Shown here: positions 9,177-18,903 of the stretch, piece after piece
Numbering within the stretch: the stretch's first letter is position 1
Layout of the letters: each line of letters opens with the position of its first letter
Assembly (NCBI GenBank): GCA_963708045.1
Contig: OY970181.1
Coordinates: 515,740 to 579,739, forward strand
From: an uncultured bacterium
GTDB lineage: Bacteria; Patescibacteriota; Patescibacteriia; CAIQCM01
Length of the DNA stretch: 64,000 nt
Direction: 5' to 3'
Translations under genes and position numbers: made by a program
Notes under the pieces: model-generated
What the model was told of the DNA's origin: nothing
The model's database searches: none
The model's input: only the letters and a program-made list of their open reading frames with translations

Positions 9177-10241
9177 ATGTCCGAAATAGAACAATTGGAA
9201 AAATTGATCGCCGTGGCGGTTTTGAAAATGAGTACCGCCGGCGAAGAAGAGCTAAGCGGCATTGAAATGTCCTTACTCGGAAGAAAGGGCGAACTTAATC
9301 GTTTGCTCGCGATTTTGCCAACCCTGCCCGCGGAAAAACGCTCGGCTTTTGGCGCCGCCGCGAACGCGGCCAAAGCAAAAATCAGTGACGAGATTGCTCG
9401 CCGTCGCAAAGAGTTGTCGTCCGAATTTTCCTCCGAACTCGCGAAAAAGGAAAAAATTGACGTGACCGAACCGGGCGCGGAAGGTGCGGTTGGACACAAG
9501 CACTTGGTGAGCGCGGCAATAGAGGATATGGCGCGGATTTTTGAACGGATCGGTTTTCATCGCGAACGCTATAACGAAGCTGATTATGACCACTATGCTT
9601 TTGAAGCGCTGAATGTTCCCGACGATCACCCGGCGCGCGACGATTGGGAAACGTTTTTTTTGGACGCGCCGAACAATAAAAAATACGGACGTCTTTTGCT
9701 TACCCCGCATACTTCAAATTCACAAGTTCACGAAATGGAGCGCCGCGAGCCGCCGATTCGGTTGGTTGCTTTCAGCAAGTGCTATCGTCGCCAAGCCGAC
9801 CTTACCCATCTTCCAATGTTTCATCAGTTTGAAGGTTTGGTTATAGATCGCGGAATTGCTTTAACGCATCTTAAGGGCGTTTTGGATCATTTCGCGAAAA
9901 ATTATTTTGGGGCTGGAAGAAAAACGCGTTTGCGGCCGCATCATTTTAAATTTACCGAGCCGAGTTTTGAAGTGGATATTTCTTGCGATCTTTGCAATGG
10001 AACAGGGTTTGTAGAAAATGGAATGCCATGTCGCGTTTGCAAATCGGGCTGGTTGGAGCTTGGCGGCGCGGGGATGGTGCATCCAAACGTGCTTCGTGCT
10101 GGGGGAATTGATCCCAAAGAATGGAGTGGCCTAGCTTTTGGCTGGGGCGTAGAGCGAACAATGATGATGCGCTCTGGTATGCGCATTCCCGACATTCGGA
10201 TGATTTACGACAACGACCTTCGCTTTCTAAAACAATTCTAA
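9177..10241 (+). CDS. pheS: phenylalanine--tRNA ligase alpha subunit
   Basis: HPARD..ETFF, HTSNSQ, THLPMFHQFEGL, FTEPSFEVD, ELGGAGMVHPNVL. Confidence 0.97.
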   Translation: MSEIEQLEKLIAVAVLKMSTAGEEELSGIEMSLLGRKGELNRLLAILPTLPAEKRSAFGAAANAAKAKISDEIARRRKELSSEFSSELAKKEKIDVTEPGAEGAVGHKHLVSAAIEDMARIFERIGFHRERYNEADYDHYAFEALNVPDDHPARDDWETFFLDAPNNKKYGRLLLTPHTSNSQVHEMERREPPIRLVAFSKCYRRQADLTHLPMFHQFEGLVIDRGIALTHLKGVLDHFAKNYFGAGRKTRLRPHHFKFTEPSFEVDISCDLCNGTGFVENGMPCRVCKSGWLELGGAGMVHPNVLRAGGIDPKEWSGLAFGWGVERTMMMRSGMRIPDIRMIYDNDLRFLKQF

Positions 10242-10242
10242 A

Positions 10243-10578
10243 ATGAAATACATTCTCTTTATCATCATTGCCCAAGCCGCCTACTCCATTGGCGATGTCG
10301 TCCGAAAACTTGTGATGCACGACCAGCCGTTTGGATGGAATTTATTCAGTTCAATGCCATTTGCTTTTTCTTTTCTCGTCACCTCGGCCGCCTTTGTGCT
10401 GCAGTTATATGTTCTTAAAAATTATGATCTCTCAAAAACCATTGTTGTTTTGGGTTGCGCGGCGATAATTTTTTCCGAAATTTTGGGGGCGTTGGTTTTT
10501 AACGAAAAGGTCAATGTCTATGGTTGGGCGGGCGTTGGTTTTGCCATTCTCGCCATCATCTTTACCCATATTGGATAA
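10243..10578 (+). CDS. small 4-TM DMT/SMR-like membrane protein
   Basis: 111 aa, four hydrophobic helices, LGALVFNEKV..WAGVGFAILAI tail typical of EamA/SMR; tightly packed between pheS and pheT. Confidence 0.7.
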   Translation: MKYILFIIIAQAAYSIGDVVRKLVMHDQPFGWNLFSSMPFAFSFLVTSAAFVLQLYVLKNYDLSKTIVVLGCAAIIFSEILGALVFNEKVNVYGWAGVGFAILAIIFTHIG

Positions 10579-10581
10579 ATT

Positions 10582-13005
10582 ATGAATATTTTAGTTTCCG
10601 ATAAGTGGCTTCGTGAATACGTTAAAATGAAGCAAAATCCCGAAGAATTTGCCGCGCTTATTTCTAAAGCCGGTCCTTCGGTTGAACGGATTGCCAAACT
10701 TGGCGCGGACTTGGATAAAGTCGTTGTCGGGAAAATTTTGTCGCTTACAAAACATCCGAATGCTGACAAGCTTAGGTTGACAGTGATTGATGTTGGGAAT
10801 AAAAAACTCAACATTGTTTGCGGCGGCGTTAATCTTTATGAAAATCAACTGGTCGCCGTCGCACTTGTGGGCGCCCGCGTGCGTTGGTCTGGAAAAGGTG
10901 AACTCATGGCGTTAGAACCGGCGACGATTCGCGGTGTTGCTTCCGAAGGAATGATTTGTGGCGCAAACGAGATTGGTCTTGTTGATCGTTTCCCGGCTAA
11001 AGAGGAAAAAGAGATCGTTGACCTCACGGCATTTGGATACAAACCCGGGACGCCGCTCGCTACCGCTCTTGGACTGAACGACTGCGTTTATGATATTGAA
11101 GTGACTAGCAACCGTCCGGACGCGCTTGGTATTGTTGGCTTGGCGCGCGAGGCGGCGGCGGCAACTGGCGGGGAATTTTTATGGAAAGAGTCGGTTTTAA
11201 AAGTTTCCGCCAAAGGTGGATCTGCTTCGAGTAGAAACAATTCTAAGTTAAAAGTTAATATTCAAACCAAGAAAAATTGCTTGCGCTTTCAAAGCGCGGT
11301 GATTGAAGACGTAACGGTCGGCGCATCGCCCGCGTGGATGCAGGGCAGGCTTATTGCCGCCGGATTGCGGCCGATCAATACGATTGTGGATATTACGAAT
11401 TACGTGATGTTAGAATTTGGTCAGCCGCTTCATGCTTTTGACGAAGCAGCTGTGCCTGGCCGCGTCATCAAAGTGCGCGAGGCAACGGAAGGAGAAAAGA
11501 TCGTCGCCCTCAACGGCAAGGAATATGCTCTGAAGCCGGGGATGATGGTCGTTGCGAATGCGACGACGCCGCTTGATATTGCCGGGATAATGGGCGGCAA
11601 GGGGAGTGGGACGACGGTGCAGACAAAAAATATAATTTTGATCTCGGCTTGCTTTAGCGGTCTTTCTGTTCGCCGCACCGGCCGCGCGCTTAACTTGCGT
11701 TCCGATGCCGCGATGCGTTTTGAGAAGAATATACCACAAGGACTTACCGCACCAGCGATTGCGCGCGCCGCTGAACTGGTGCTTTCGCTTTGTGGTGGGA
11801 AGATAACCGCAATTAGTGATGTTGCTTCCCAAAAACAAACCCCTAAGCACATCGTGGTCTCGCTAAAAGATCTTTGTGCAAAAATTGGCGTCAATTTGTC
11901 CGCCGCCATCGTTAAAAAATATTTGTTGGCACTTGGTTTTGCGGTTACGGCGACGGCAAAAAATATTTCTGTTCGTGTTCCGTATTGGCGCGAAGGCGAT
12001 ATTTGTATCCCCGAAGATTTAATTGAAGAAGTCGCCCGTCTTTATGGCTATGAGCGCTTACCGTCCTTGCTTCCGCCAAATGCTGTTTCGGGCGAAGCGC
12101 CAAATCCAATTTTTGACGCCGAGGACGTAGTCCGTAACTCTCTCGTTAATGCTGGTGCGACCGAGCTTATTAGTATTTCCCTTGTTGGCGATGAGCTGGT
12201 TAAAAAAAGTTGCGAAGCAGACGCGCCGGCAATGCGTTTGGCAAACCCACTTAATAACGAAATGACAATTTTGCGGCCGTCGCATCGCGCTCGTCTTTTG
12301 GAATGCGCGAGCCGGAACGAAAAAATTTCTGGCGCTGGCGAAGTTTTTGAGATCGGCAATGTTTTTGTTCCCGATGCCGACACCGATCGCACGCCCTTGG
12401 AAATTTTAAGTCTTGGTATTGCCGTGTGGGGCAAAGACGAAACGGGTACACAATTTTATCGCGCCAAGGGGTTGCTTACTCGCGCGGCTTTGGCAACCGG
12501 CACAACCCTAACTTTTGGCAAAGATTTTCCCAAAGACGGTTTTTGGCATCCTGGTCGCAGTGCCTCGGTGCATCTTGGCGCGGCGGTAATCGGCACGGTT
12601 GGTGAATTGTCGCCCGAAGCGCTGAGTGCGGCGGGAATAGAATCGCGCGTTGCTTTGACGCTTGTTGATTTTAAGGAGCTGGTGCGGAGCGGATCAAAAA
12701 ATCCTAAGTTTGCTGGTATTCCTCCGTTTCCGCCAGTACTGCGCGATGTCGCCTTTATTTTGCCGCGCGAGGCGGAGCACGAATTTCTCGTCGCCGCCTT
12801 TTTAGCCGTTCATCCGCTCATTGTTTCCGTTGAACTGTTTGATCGTTATGAAGGTAAAAATATGCCTGAGGGTAAGAAGAGTTTGGCCTATCACTTGGCT
12901 TATCAGTCGCCCGAACGCACGCTAACTTCCGAAGAAGTTGAAGTTGTTCATGCTAAGGTTTTAAAAATGCTTGAAAATAAATTTGGCGCCGTAATCAGAA
13001 CATAA
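10582..13005 (+). CDS. pheT: phenylalanine--tRNA ligase beta subunit
   Basis: HPNADKL, SEGMIC, NRPDALG, VDITNYVMLEFGQPLHAFD, DLIEEVARLYGYE, FDX-ACB C-terminus. Confidence 0.97.
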   Translation: MNILVSDKWLREYVKMKQNPEEFAALISKAGPSVERIAKLGADLDKVVVGKILSLTKHPNADKLRLTVIDVGNKKLNIVCGGVNLYENQLVAVALVGARVRWSGKGELMALEPATIRGVASEGMICGANEIGLVDRFPAKEEKEIVDLTAFGYKPGTPLATALGLNDCVYDIEVTSNRPDALGIVGLAREAAAATGGEFLWKESVLKVSAKGGSASSRNNSKLKVNIQTKKNCLRFQSAVIEDVTVGASPAWMQGRLIAAGLRPINTIVDITNYVMLEFGQPLHAFDEAAVPGRVIKVREATEGEKIVALNGKEYALKPGMMVVANATTPLDIAGIMGGKGSGTTVQTKNIILISACFSGLSVRRTGRALNLRSDAAMRFEKNIPQGLTAPAIARAAELVLSLCGGKITAISDVASQKQTPKHIVVSLKDLCAKIGVNLSAAIVKKYLLALGFAVTATAKNISVRVPYWREGDICIPEDLIEEVARLYGYERLPSLLPPNAVSGEAPNPIFDAEDVVRNSLVNAGATELISISLVGDELVKKSCEADAPAMRLANPLNNEMTILRPSHRARLLECASRNEKISGAGEVFEIGNVFVPDADTDRTPLEILSLGIAVWGKDETGTQFYRAKGLLTRAALATGTTLTFGKDFPKDGFWHPGRSASVHLGAAVIGTVGELSPEALSAAGIESRVALTLVDFKELVRSGSKNPKFAGIPPFPPVLRDVAFILPREAEHEFLVAAFLAVHPLIVSVELFDRYEGKNMPEGKKSLAYHLAYQSPERTLTSEEVEVVHAKVLKMLENKFGAVIRT

Positions 13006-13038
13006 ACGTCGTCTAAAAAAATTTTAAAAATTAAAAAT

Positions 13039-13608
13039 ATGAATGAACAAATATTGTCCTCACCGCTCATTGGCAAAACCATTCCCGATTTTGACTTAGA
13101 TGTTTTGAACGGCGAAAGCATTGATCGTGTCAGTTTAACGTCATTTCGCGGCAAGTGGCTGGTTCTTTTCTTTTATCCTGGCGATTTTACTTTCGTTTGT
13201 CCGACCGAGCTTCACGAGATTGCGACAATCTATAAAGATTTTCAGGATCAAAAAGCGGTTGTTGCGAGCGTTAGTTGCGATTCGGTTTATTCGCATCGTG
13301 CTTGGCACGATAGTTCCGAATCAATCAAAATCGTTAACTTCCCGATGCTATCCGACAAAGCCGGCGTTCTTTCAAAAATGCTTGGCGTTTACTTGGATGG
13401 CCAAGGTGTGTCTTTGCGCGCAACGTTCATCATTGATCCTAAGGGCGTTATTCGGGCGATGGAAGTGAACGACAACAGCATTGGCCGCTCAGCATCTGAG
13501 CTTCTGCGCAAACTTCAGGCCGCCAAATACGTTGAAGATCATAAAGGCGAACTTTGTCCGGCAAGCTGGCACCCTGGAAGCGAAACTATCAAACCCGAGA
13601 CGCTTTAA
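13039..13608 (+). CDS. ahpC: 2-Cys peroxiredoxin (AhpC)
   Basis: FFYPGDFTFVCPTEL, RATFIIDPKG, LCPASW. Confidence 0.95.
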   Translation: MNEQILSSPLIGKTIPDFDLDVLNGESIDRVSLTSFRGKWLVLFFYPGDFTFVCPTELHEIATIYKDFQDQKAVVASVSCDSVYSHRAWHDSSESIKIVNFPMLSDKAGVLSKMLGVYLDGQGVSLRATFIIDPKGVIRAMEVNDNSIGRSASELLRKLQAAKYVEDHKGELCPASWHPGSETIKPETL

Positions 13609-13622
13609 TTAAAAATTTTTTA

Positions 13623-13652
13623 AAACACTCCGATGGCCATCGGAGTGTTTTT
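13623..13652. terminator. rho-independent terminator
   Basis: AAAACACTCCGATGGCCATCGGAGTGTTTT. Confidence 0.8.
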
Positions 13653-13687
13653 TATCCACACGCCAAAGAGTGGTATAATAAATAACT

Positions 13688-13969
13688 ATGTATTTTGCAA
13701 CTTCAAAAGACGTTTTATTCATTGTCCTGGCCTTTGCCGTGCTTTGGCTCGCGATCTTTCTTTCCTGGGCGCTTTATTACCTCATCTGCATCCTCAAGGA
13801 CGCGCGCGACACGGTTAATGGTATTCGCCGCGCTTCGGACGCAATCGAGTCCGCCGCCGGGCACTTTAAAGGCAAATTTGAATCGCTTCTTAACATTGTT
13901 TCGGTTATGGGCGAGGGCTTTCAAATGTTTATGAACCGCGCCGGGGGATCGGGGAAGAAAAAGAAATAA
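13688..13969 (+). CDS. small membrane-anchored coiled-coil hypothetical protein
   Basis: One TM then amphipathic helix; TGGTATAAT 8 nt upstream; terminator downstream. Confidence 0.7.
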   Translation: MYFATSKDVLFIVLAFAVLWLAIFLSWALYYLICILKDARDTVNGIRRASDAIESAAGHFKGKFESLLNIVSVMGEGFQMFMNRAGGSGKKKK

Positions 13970-14020
13970 ATCCAAATTCACACATAAGATTAAATAGACG
14001 CCAAGGCGTCTATTTTTTCG

Positions 14021-14053
14021 GATTAGATATTAGTCATTAGACATTAGATATTC
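14021..14053. repeat. heptamer tandem repeat ATTAG(A/T)(T/C)
   Basis: GATTAGATATTAGTCATTAGACATTAGATATT. Confidence 0.7.
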
Positions 14054-14112
14054 AACAGGGTAATGTATACCAATTATTCCTCCATCCCCACGGGCTATAA
14101 GCCATCAGCCAT

Positions 14113-17100
14113 ATGCCAAGGTTTGTCCACCTCCACGTCCACACTCATTACTCGCTTTTGGACGGTTTAACGCAAATTGATCCGCTTATTGCCAAGGTCA
14201 AAGAACACGGCATGGATGCCGTGGCGATAACCGACCATGGGGCAATGTATGGCGCGATAGAATTTTATTTGGCGTGCAAGAAAAAGGAAATCAAGCCGCT
14301 CATTGGAATGGAAGCGTACGTGGCGCCTAAGTCGCGTTTTGAAAAGTCTGGTCGCGGCGGCGAAAATGACACTTCGCATTTAACGCTCATTGCGAAAAAT
14401 ATTACCGGCTATCGCAATTTGATGAAGCTTGCGACCAAAGCTTCGCTTGAAGGATTTTATTATAAACCTAGAGTTGACCACGAACTCCTTGCCGAATTTG
14501 GCGAGGGGATTGTCGCACTTTCGGGCTGTATGAATGGCGAGGTTCCCAAGGCGATTCTTGGCGGCGATCTTTCGCGCGCGCGCGACCTTGTCAAAAGATA
14601 CAAAAGTTATTTTGGCGAAAATTTTTTTCTGGAGATTCAATATCACCCGACGGTTTCGGAACAAGAAATCGCCAACCAAGGGCTTTATAAATTGTCGCAG
14701 GAATTCGGCATTCCGCTCGTCGCGACCCAAGACTCGCATTATCTTAATCCTGACGACAACGAAGCGCAGGATATTTTGGTTTGCGTGCAGACGGGGAAAA
14801 CGGTAGACGATCCGAAGCGTTTGGATATGCGCGGGATGGACGTCAGCTTTCCCTCGGGCGCGATTATGGAAGAAAACTTTCGCGCCTATCCCGGGTCTTG
14901 TGAAATGACCGGCAAGATCGCCGACCTCGTTGATTTACAGTTGGACTTGGGTAAGTGGGTATTTCCGGCCTTTACGCCGCCGGGCGGACTGTCGGCTAAA
15001 GATTATTTGGACAAACATTCGCACGAAATGTTGGACGCGAAATATGGCGGCAAAGCGCCCAAGGAAGTCGTTGACCGTTTGGAATACGAACTGGGAATTA
15101 TTTCTAAAAAAGGTTATGACCCTTATTTCCTTGTCGTTGCCGACTACACCAACTGGGCGCGGTCAAAGGGAATTGTTTCAACCACTCGCGGTTCGGCCGC
15201 CGGTTCGCTCGTGTCTTATGTAATCGGAATTTCCCAAATCAATCCGTTATTTTTTAAATTGCCTTTTGAACGTTTTTTAAACCCGTTCCGTCCGTCGCCA
15301 CCGGATATTGATATGGACTTTGCCGACAACCGCCGCGAAGAAGTTTTGGAATACGTCAAAGAAAAATATGGTGCCGACAAGGTCGCGCAGATCTGCACTT
15401 TTGGAACAATGCAGGCGCGTGCCGCGGTTCGCGATGTCACTCGCGCGCTCGGACTTCCTTACGCCTTTGGCGATCGCGTGGCAAAATTGATTCCGCAGGG
15501 CGCACAGGGTTTTCCAATGACAATTGACCGGGCAATAGAAGAAACACCCGAGCTCAAAGAGTTGGTTAGTCGCGACCCCGACGCCAAGCGCGTCATTGAT
15601 CTCGCAGAAAAAGTTGAAGGCTGTGTTCGCCACTCGTCGGTGCACGCCGCCGGTGTTGTAATCGCGCCGTCACCCTTAACCGATTTTACGCCGCTTCAAA
15701 AAGAATCCGGCGGCGGCGACAAAATTATCACCCAATACGATATGAACGCGGTGGAGCTTTCGGGCACGCTCAAGATGGACTTTCTCGGCATCAGAAACTT
15801 GTCCATTCTCGGTAACGCCATTTTTCTCGTTAAACAGACCAAAGGCATTGACGTTGATTTGGTGAATTTGCCACTTGAAGACAAAAAAACTTTTGAAATG
15901 CTTAGCCGCGGCGAAACTTTTGGCGTTTTCCAACTTTCTGGCGACGGGATGACGCGATATTTAAAAGAGTTGCATCCAACGACGATTTTTGATCTTCAGG
16001 CGATGGTCGCGCTTTATCGCCCGGGCCCGATTGACTCCATTCCGGAATATATTGCGCGTAAAAATGATCCCAAGAAGATTTCGTATCTTGATCCGCGAAT
16101 GAAAGAAATTTTGGATCAGTCGCATGGCGTTATTACATATCAAGACGACGTCCTGCTTATTTCCATCATTCTCGCCGGTTACAGCTGGGAAGAGGCTGAC
16201 AAATTTAGAAAAGCGATGGGCAAAAAGATTCCCGAGGAGATGGCCAAACAAAAGGAAAAATTTTGGAAGGGGATTGTCGCGAATGGCGGCAACGAAAAAT
16301 TGGCTGGCGATCTTTGGAAACTGATTGAACCATTCGCCGCCTACGGTTTTAACAAGGCGCACGCCGCTTCGTACGCGACGGTTGCTTTTGAAACCGCGTA
16401 TATGAAGGCTCATTATCCGGCCGAATATATGACGGCGATTATGACCGCCGAGTCCGATGATTTGGAAAAAGTCGCCGAAGCGGTTACCGAGTGCGGCCGG
16501 ATGGGGGTTTCGGTTTTGCCGCCCGACGTTGGCACTTCGTTTAAGGATTTTACCTACATTGACGACACACACGTTCGTTTCGGATTGCTCGCAATAAAAA
16601 ATATTGGTTCGGACACAGTGGAAAATATTATTGCCGAGCGAAAAAAGAACGGTCCCTTTGTGTCGCTTGAAGATTTTTTAACGCGTCTAGAAGCAAAGTC
16701 GGTTAATCATAAGTCGCTAGAAAGTTTGATCAAGTCGGGCGCGATGGATTCTTTTGGCGAACGCGAAGCGTTACTTGAAGCGATTCCGCAGATGCTGGTT
16801 TTTGCGCGTGAAAATCAAAAAGCGGCGGCGAGCTCGCAGTCTTCACTTTTTGGCGCGATGACACTTCCAGACGCGACGATTCGTCTGCTTCAGAATACTC
16901 AGCCCAACAAGGCCGATCGGCTGGCTTGGGAAAAAGAATTACTCGGTCTTTATGTTTCCGAGCATCCTTGGAAACAATGGGAGACGGTGTTTGCTGGCGT
17001 AACCACGAAAATCTCGGACGCGCTCGCGCTTACCGAAGGGACACTCACGATTGTTGGGGGAGTGATTGCTACCGCCAAAAAGATTTTGACCAAAAAAAAT

Positions 17101-17568
17101 GAGACCATGCTTTTTGTTAAGCTGGAAGACACGAATGGTTCCACCGAGATAATCGTTTTTCCGTCGGTTTATAAAATGGCACCCCAGCTGTGGGATCCGG
17201 ACCGACCGATTGTGGTTGAAGGAAAAATTTCTTCCAAAGATGGCGTGCCAAAAATTATTGCCGGCCGCGCGGAAGTGGTTATTCCGCAAACGGTGGCGAG
17301 AATTAAAGAAGATTTTGGCCGAATGCGTCAGGTTATGCGCGCGTCCGCGGAACCAATTCCGCAGAAAATTTTTTCGTTGCAAATTCCGGCGACCTTGTCC
17401 CGCGAAACGGTTGCTTTGCTACGCGCCGTTTTTGCCAAATATCCGGGTGACACTATTGTTGAATTGGCTTATGCCGAAAACGGCCGCTCTAGGAAAGTGC
17501 ACACCTCGTACATGGTGACCCCGAGCGAAGAATTTAACAATGAAATCGCGCAAACTTTAAAGAAATAG
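14113..17568 (+). CDS. dnaE: DNA polymerase III alpha subunit
   Basis: PHP domain HLHVHTHYSLLDG/AITDHG, RGSAAGS, PPDIDMDF, KMDFLG, YGFNKAHA; no intein. Confidence 0.98.
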   Translation: MPRFVHLHVHTHYSLLDGLTQIDPLIAKVKEHGMDAVAITDHGAMYGAIEFYLACKKKEIKPLIGMEAYVAPKSRFEKSGRGGENDTSHLTLIAKNITGYRNLMKLATKASLEGFYYKPRVDHELLAEFGEGIVALSGCMNGEVPKAILGGDLSRARDLVKRYKSYFGENFFLEIQYHPTVSEQEIANQGLYKLSQEFGIPLVATQDSHYLNPDDNEAQDILVCVQTGKTVDDPKRLDMRGMDVSFPSGAIMEENFRAYPGSCEMTGKIADLVDLQLDLGKWVFPAFTPPGGLSAKDYLDKHSHEMLDAKYGGKAPKEVVDRLEYELGIISKKGYDPYFLVVADYTNWARSKGIVSTTRGSAAGSLVSYVIGISQINPLFFKLPFERFLNPFRPSPPDIDMDFADNRREEVLEYVKEKYGADKVAQICTFGTMQARAAVRDVTRALGLPYAFGDRVAKLIPQGAQGFPMTIDRAIEETPELKELVSRDPDAKRVIDLAEKVEGCVRHSSVHAAGVVIAPSPLTDFTPLQKESGGGDKIITQYDMNAVELSGTLKMDFLGIRNLSILGNAIFLVKQTKGIDVDLVNLPLEDKKTFEMLSRGETFGVFQLSGDGMTRYLKELHPTTIFDLQAMVALYRPGPIDSIPEYIARKNDPKKISYLDPRMKEILDQSHGVITYQDDVLLISIILAGYSWEEADKFRKAMGKKIPEEMAKQKEKFWKGIVANGGNEKLAGDLWKLIEPFAAYGFNKAHAASYATVAFETAYMKAHYPAEYMTAIMTAESDDLEKVAEAVTECGRMGVSVLPPDVGTSFKDFTYIDDTHVRFGLLAIKNIGSDTVENIIAERKKNGPFVSLEDFLTRLEAKSVNHKSLESLIKSGAMDSFGEREALLEAIPQMLVFARENQKAAASSQSSLFGAMTLPDATIRLLQNTQPNKADRLAWEKELLGLYVSEHPWKQWETVFAGVTTKISDALALTEGTLTIVGGVIATAKKILTKKNETMLFVKLEDTNGSTEIIVFPSVYKMAPQLWDPDRPIVVEGKISSKDGVPKIIAGRAEVVIPQTVARIKEDFGRMRQVMRASAEPIPQKIFSLQIPATLSRETVALLRAVFAKYPGDTIVELAYAENGRSRKVHTSYMVTPSEEFNNEIAQTLKK

Positions 17569-17652
17569 CTTTGTTTTCCCAAAGTTCATTATTAAAACGA
17601 TGTTTGTGGTATAATATTTATTAGAATTAAGAGATTGGAGATAAAAATAAAT

Positions 17653-18804
17653 ATGCCCAAAGATCAAATAACGCATCCGCATCACCGCAACCTGTCGGTA
17701 AAAGTTTACAAAAAAATCGCGATTATTTTTTTGGGACCGGTTTTGATTTTGGCCGGCGTGGTTTTGGCGGCAACACTTTCTCGGGCGACAATTACCGTTA
17801 CCGCTAACCAAATTCCTGTTAGCGCCCCGGCAAAAATAAATATCGCGGGCGAGGAATCTATGTTGGATACGGTGCTTGGAAAAGTTTTTAAAACAACACT
17901 AGAAGACACAAAAACGGTTACGCCAAAAGGCAGTGGCGTCGTTAAGGACGAGCTAGCGACGGGTACGGTCGCGTTAATTAATAAGCGTGCTTCGGCGCAG
18001 ACGCTTATTCCAACAACGCGGCTTTTAACCGATACCGGCATCCTTTTTCGGATTAAAGACAGAGTAAATATTCCGGCCGGCGGCGAACTTAAAAATGTCG
18101 CGGTCTATGCCGACAAGCCGGGTGCTTTGGGTAATATTTCCGCAACAACTTTTACGATCCCTGGTCTTCCCGTCGCGCTTCAGAAAAGCGTTTACGCTGT
18201 TTCTACCGCGCCGATGACTGGCGGTACGGTGACGGTTGTTGGCGTTTCAAACGATGATATAAATAACGCGATCGCTGATCTTAATACCCAACTCGCGGCT
18301 AAGGCGATAGAATCTTTTTCCGACGCCATAAAAAAATCCGGCTACGATGGGATTGTTTCAAAAACTGACGAAGTATCAAGATTGGTTTCGGCCAAAGTCG
18401 GCGATACGGTAGACGCGTTTACGATTCAATATAAAGCGACTATTACCGCTGTTGCTTTTGATCGTTCTAAATTTACCAAAATTGCGGAGGGGGTTGCTCA
18501 CCAGGCGATTCCATCGGACACCGAACTTAAAACATCAAACGCCGCGACGGTAATTCCCGTTATTCAAAACGCCGACGCTAGCGCCGGAACAGCAACCTTA
18601 GTCGCTAATCTTTCTGGCACGGCAACGCTTTCGGCCGATAATTCAATTTTAAATAAAGAACGTCTTGCGGGGCTTAATGCCGATACGGTTGTCGGATATT
18701 TAAAAAGTTTTAGCGCTGTTTCCGACGCTAAAGTTTCTCTTTGGCCATTCTGGGTGCACAAAACGCCGTCGCTTAAGAGTCATATTCAGGTTAAGGTTGA
18801 ATAA
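17653..18804 (+). CDS. membrane-anchored hypothetical protein (baseplate-J-like domain seen in CPR chromosomes)
   Basis: TM, ATGTVALIN..QTLIPTTRL, VYADKPGALGNI, FTIPGL, MTGG; TGGTATAAT promoter upstream. Confidence 0.65.
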   Translation: MPKDQITHPHHRNLSVKVYKKIAIIFLGPVLILAGVVLAATLSRATITVTANQIPVSAPAKINIAGEESMLDTVLGKVFKTTLEDTKTVTPKGSGVVKDELATGTVALINKRASAQTLIPTTRLLTDTGILFRIKDRVNIPAGGELKNVAVYADKPGALGNISATTFTIPGLPVALQKSVYAVSTAPMTGGTVTVVGVSNDDINNAIADLNTQLAAKAIESFSDAIKKSGYDGIVSKTDEVSRLVSAKVGDTVDAFTIQYKATITAVAFDRSKFTKIAEGVAHQAIPSDTELKTSNAATVIPVIQNADASAGTATLVANLSGTATLSADNSILNKERLAGLNADTVVGYLKSFSAVSDAKVSLWPFWVHKTPSLKSHIQVKVE

Positions 18805-18903
18805 TTTTAAAGTAATTGCGTAATAAAATAGCCCGGCTTATACCGGGTTATTTTATTAGACATAAAGACTGAAAAATTGTAAGATATTGGCTTAACCAAA
18901 CAT

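Noticed and set aside
17653-18804. Prophage, suggested by the baseplate-J-like domain
   Set aside because: Single TM-anchored gene between dnaE and thrS with no other phage genes
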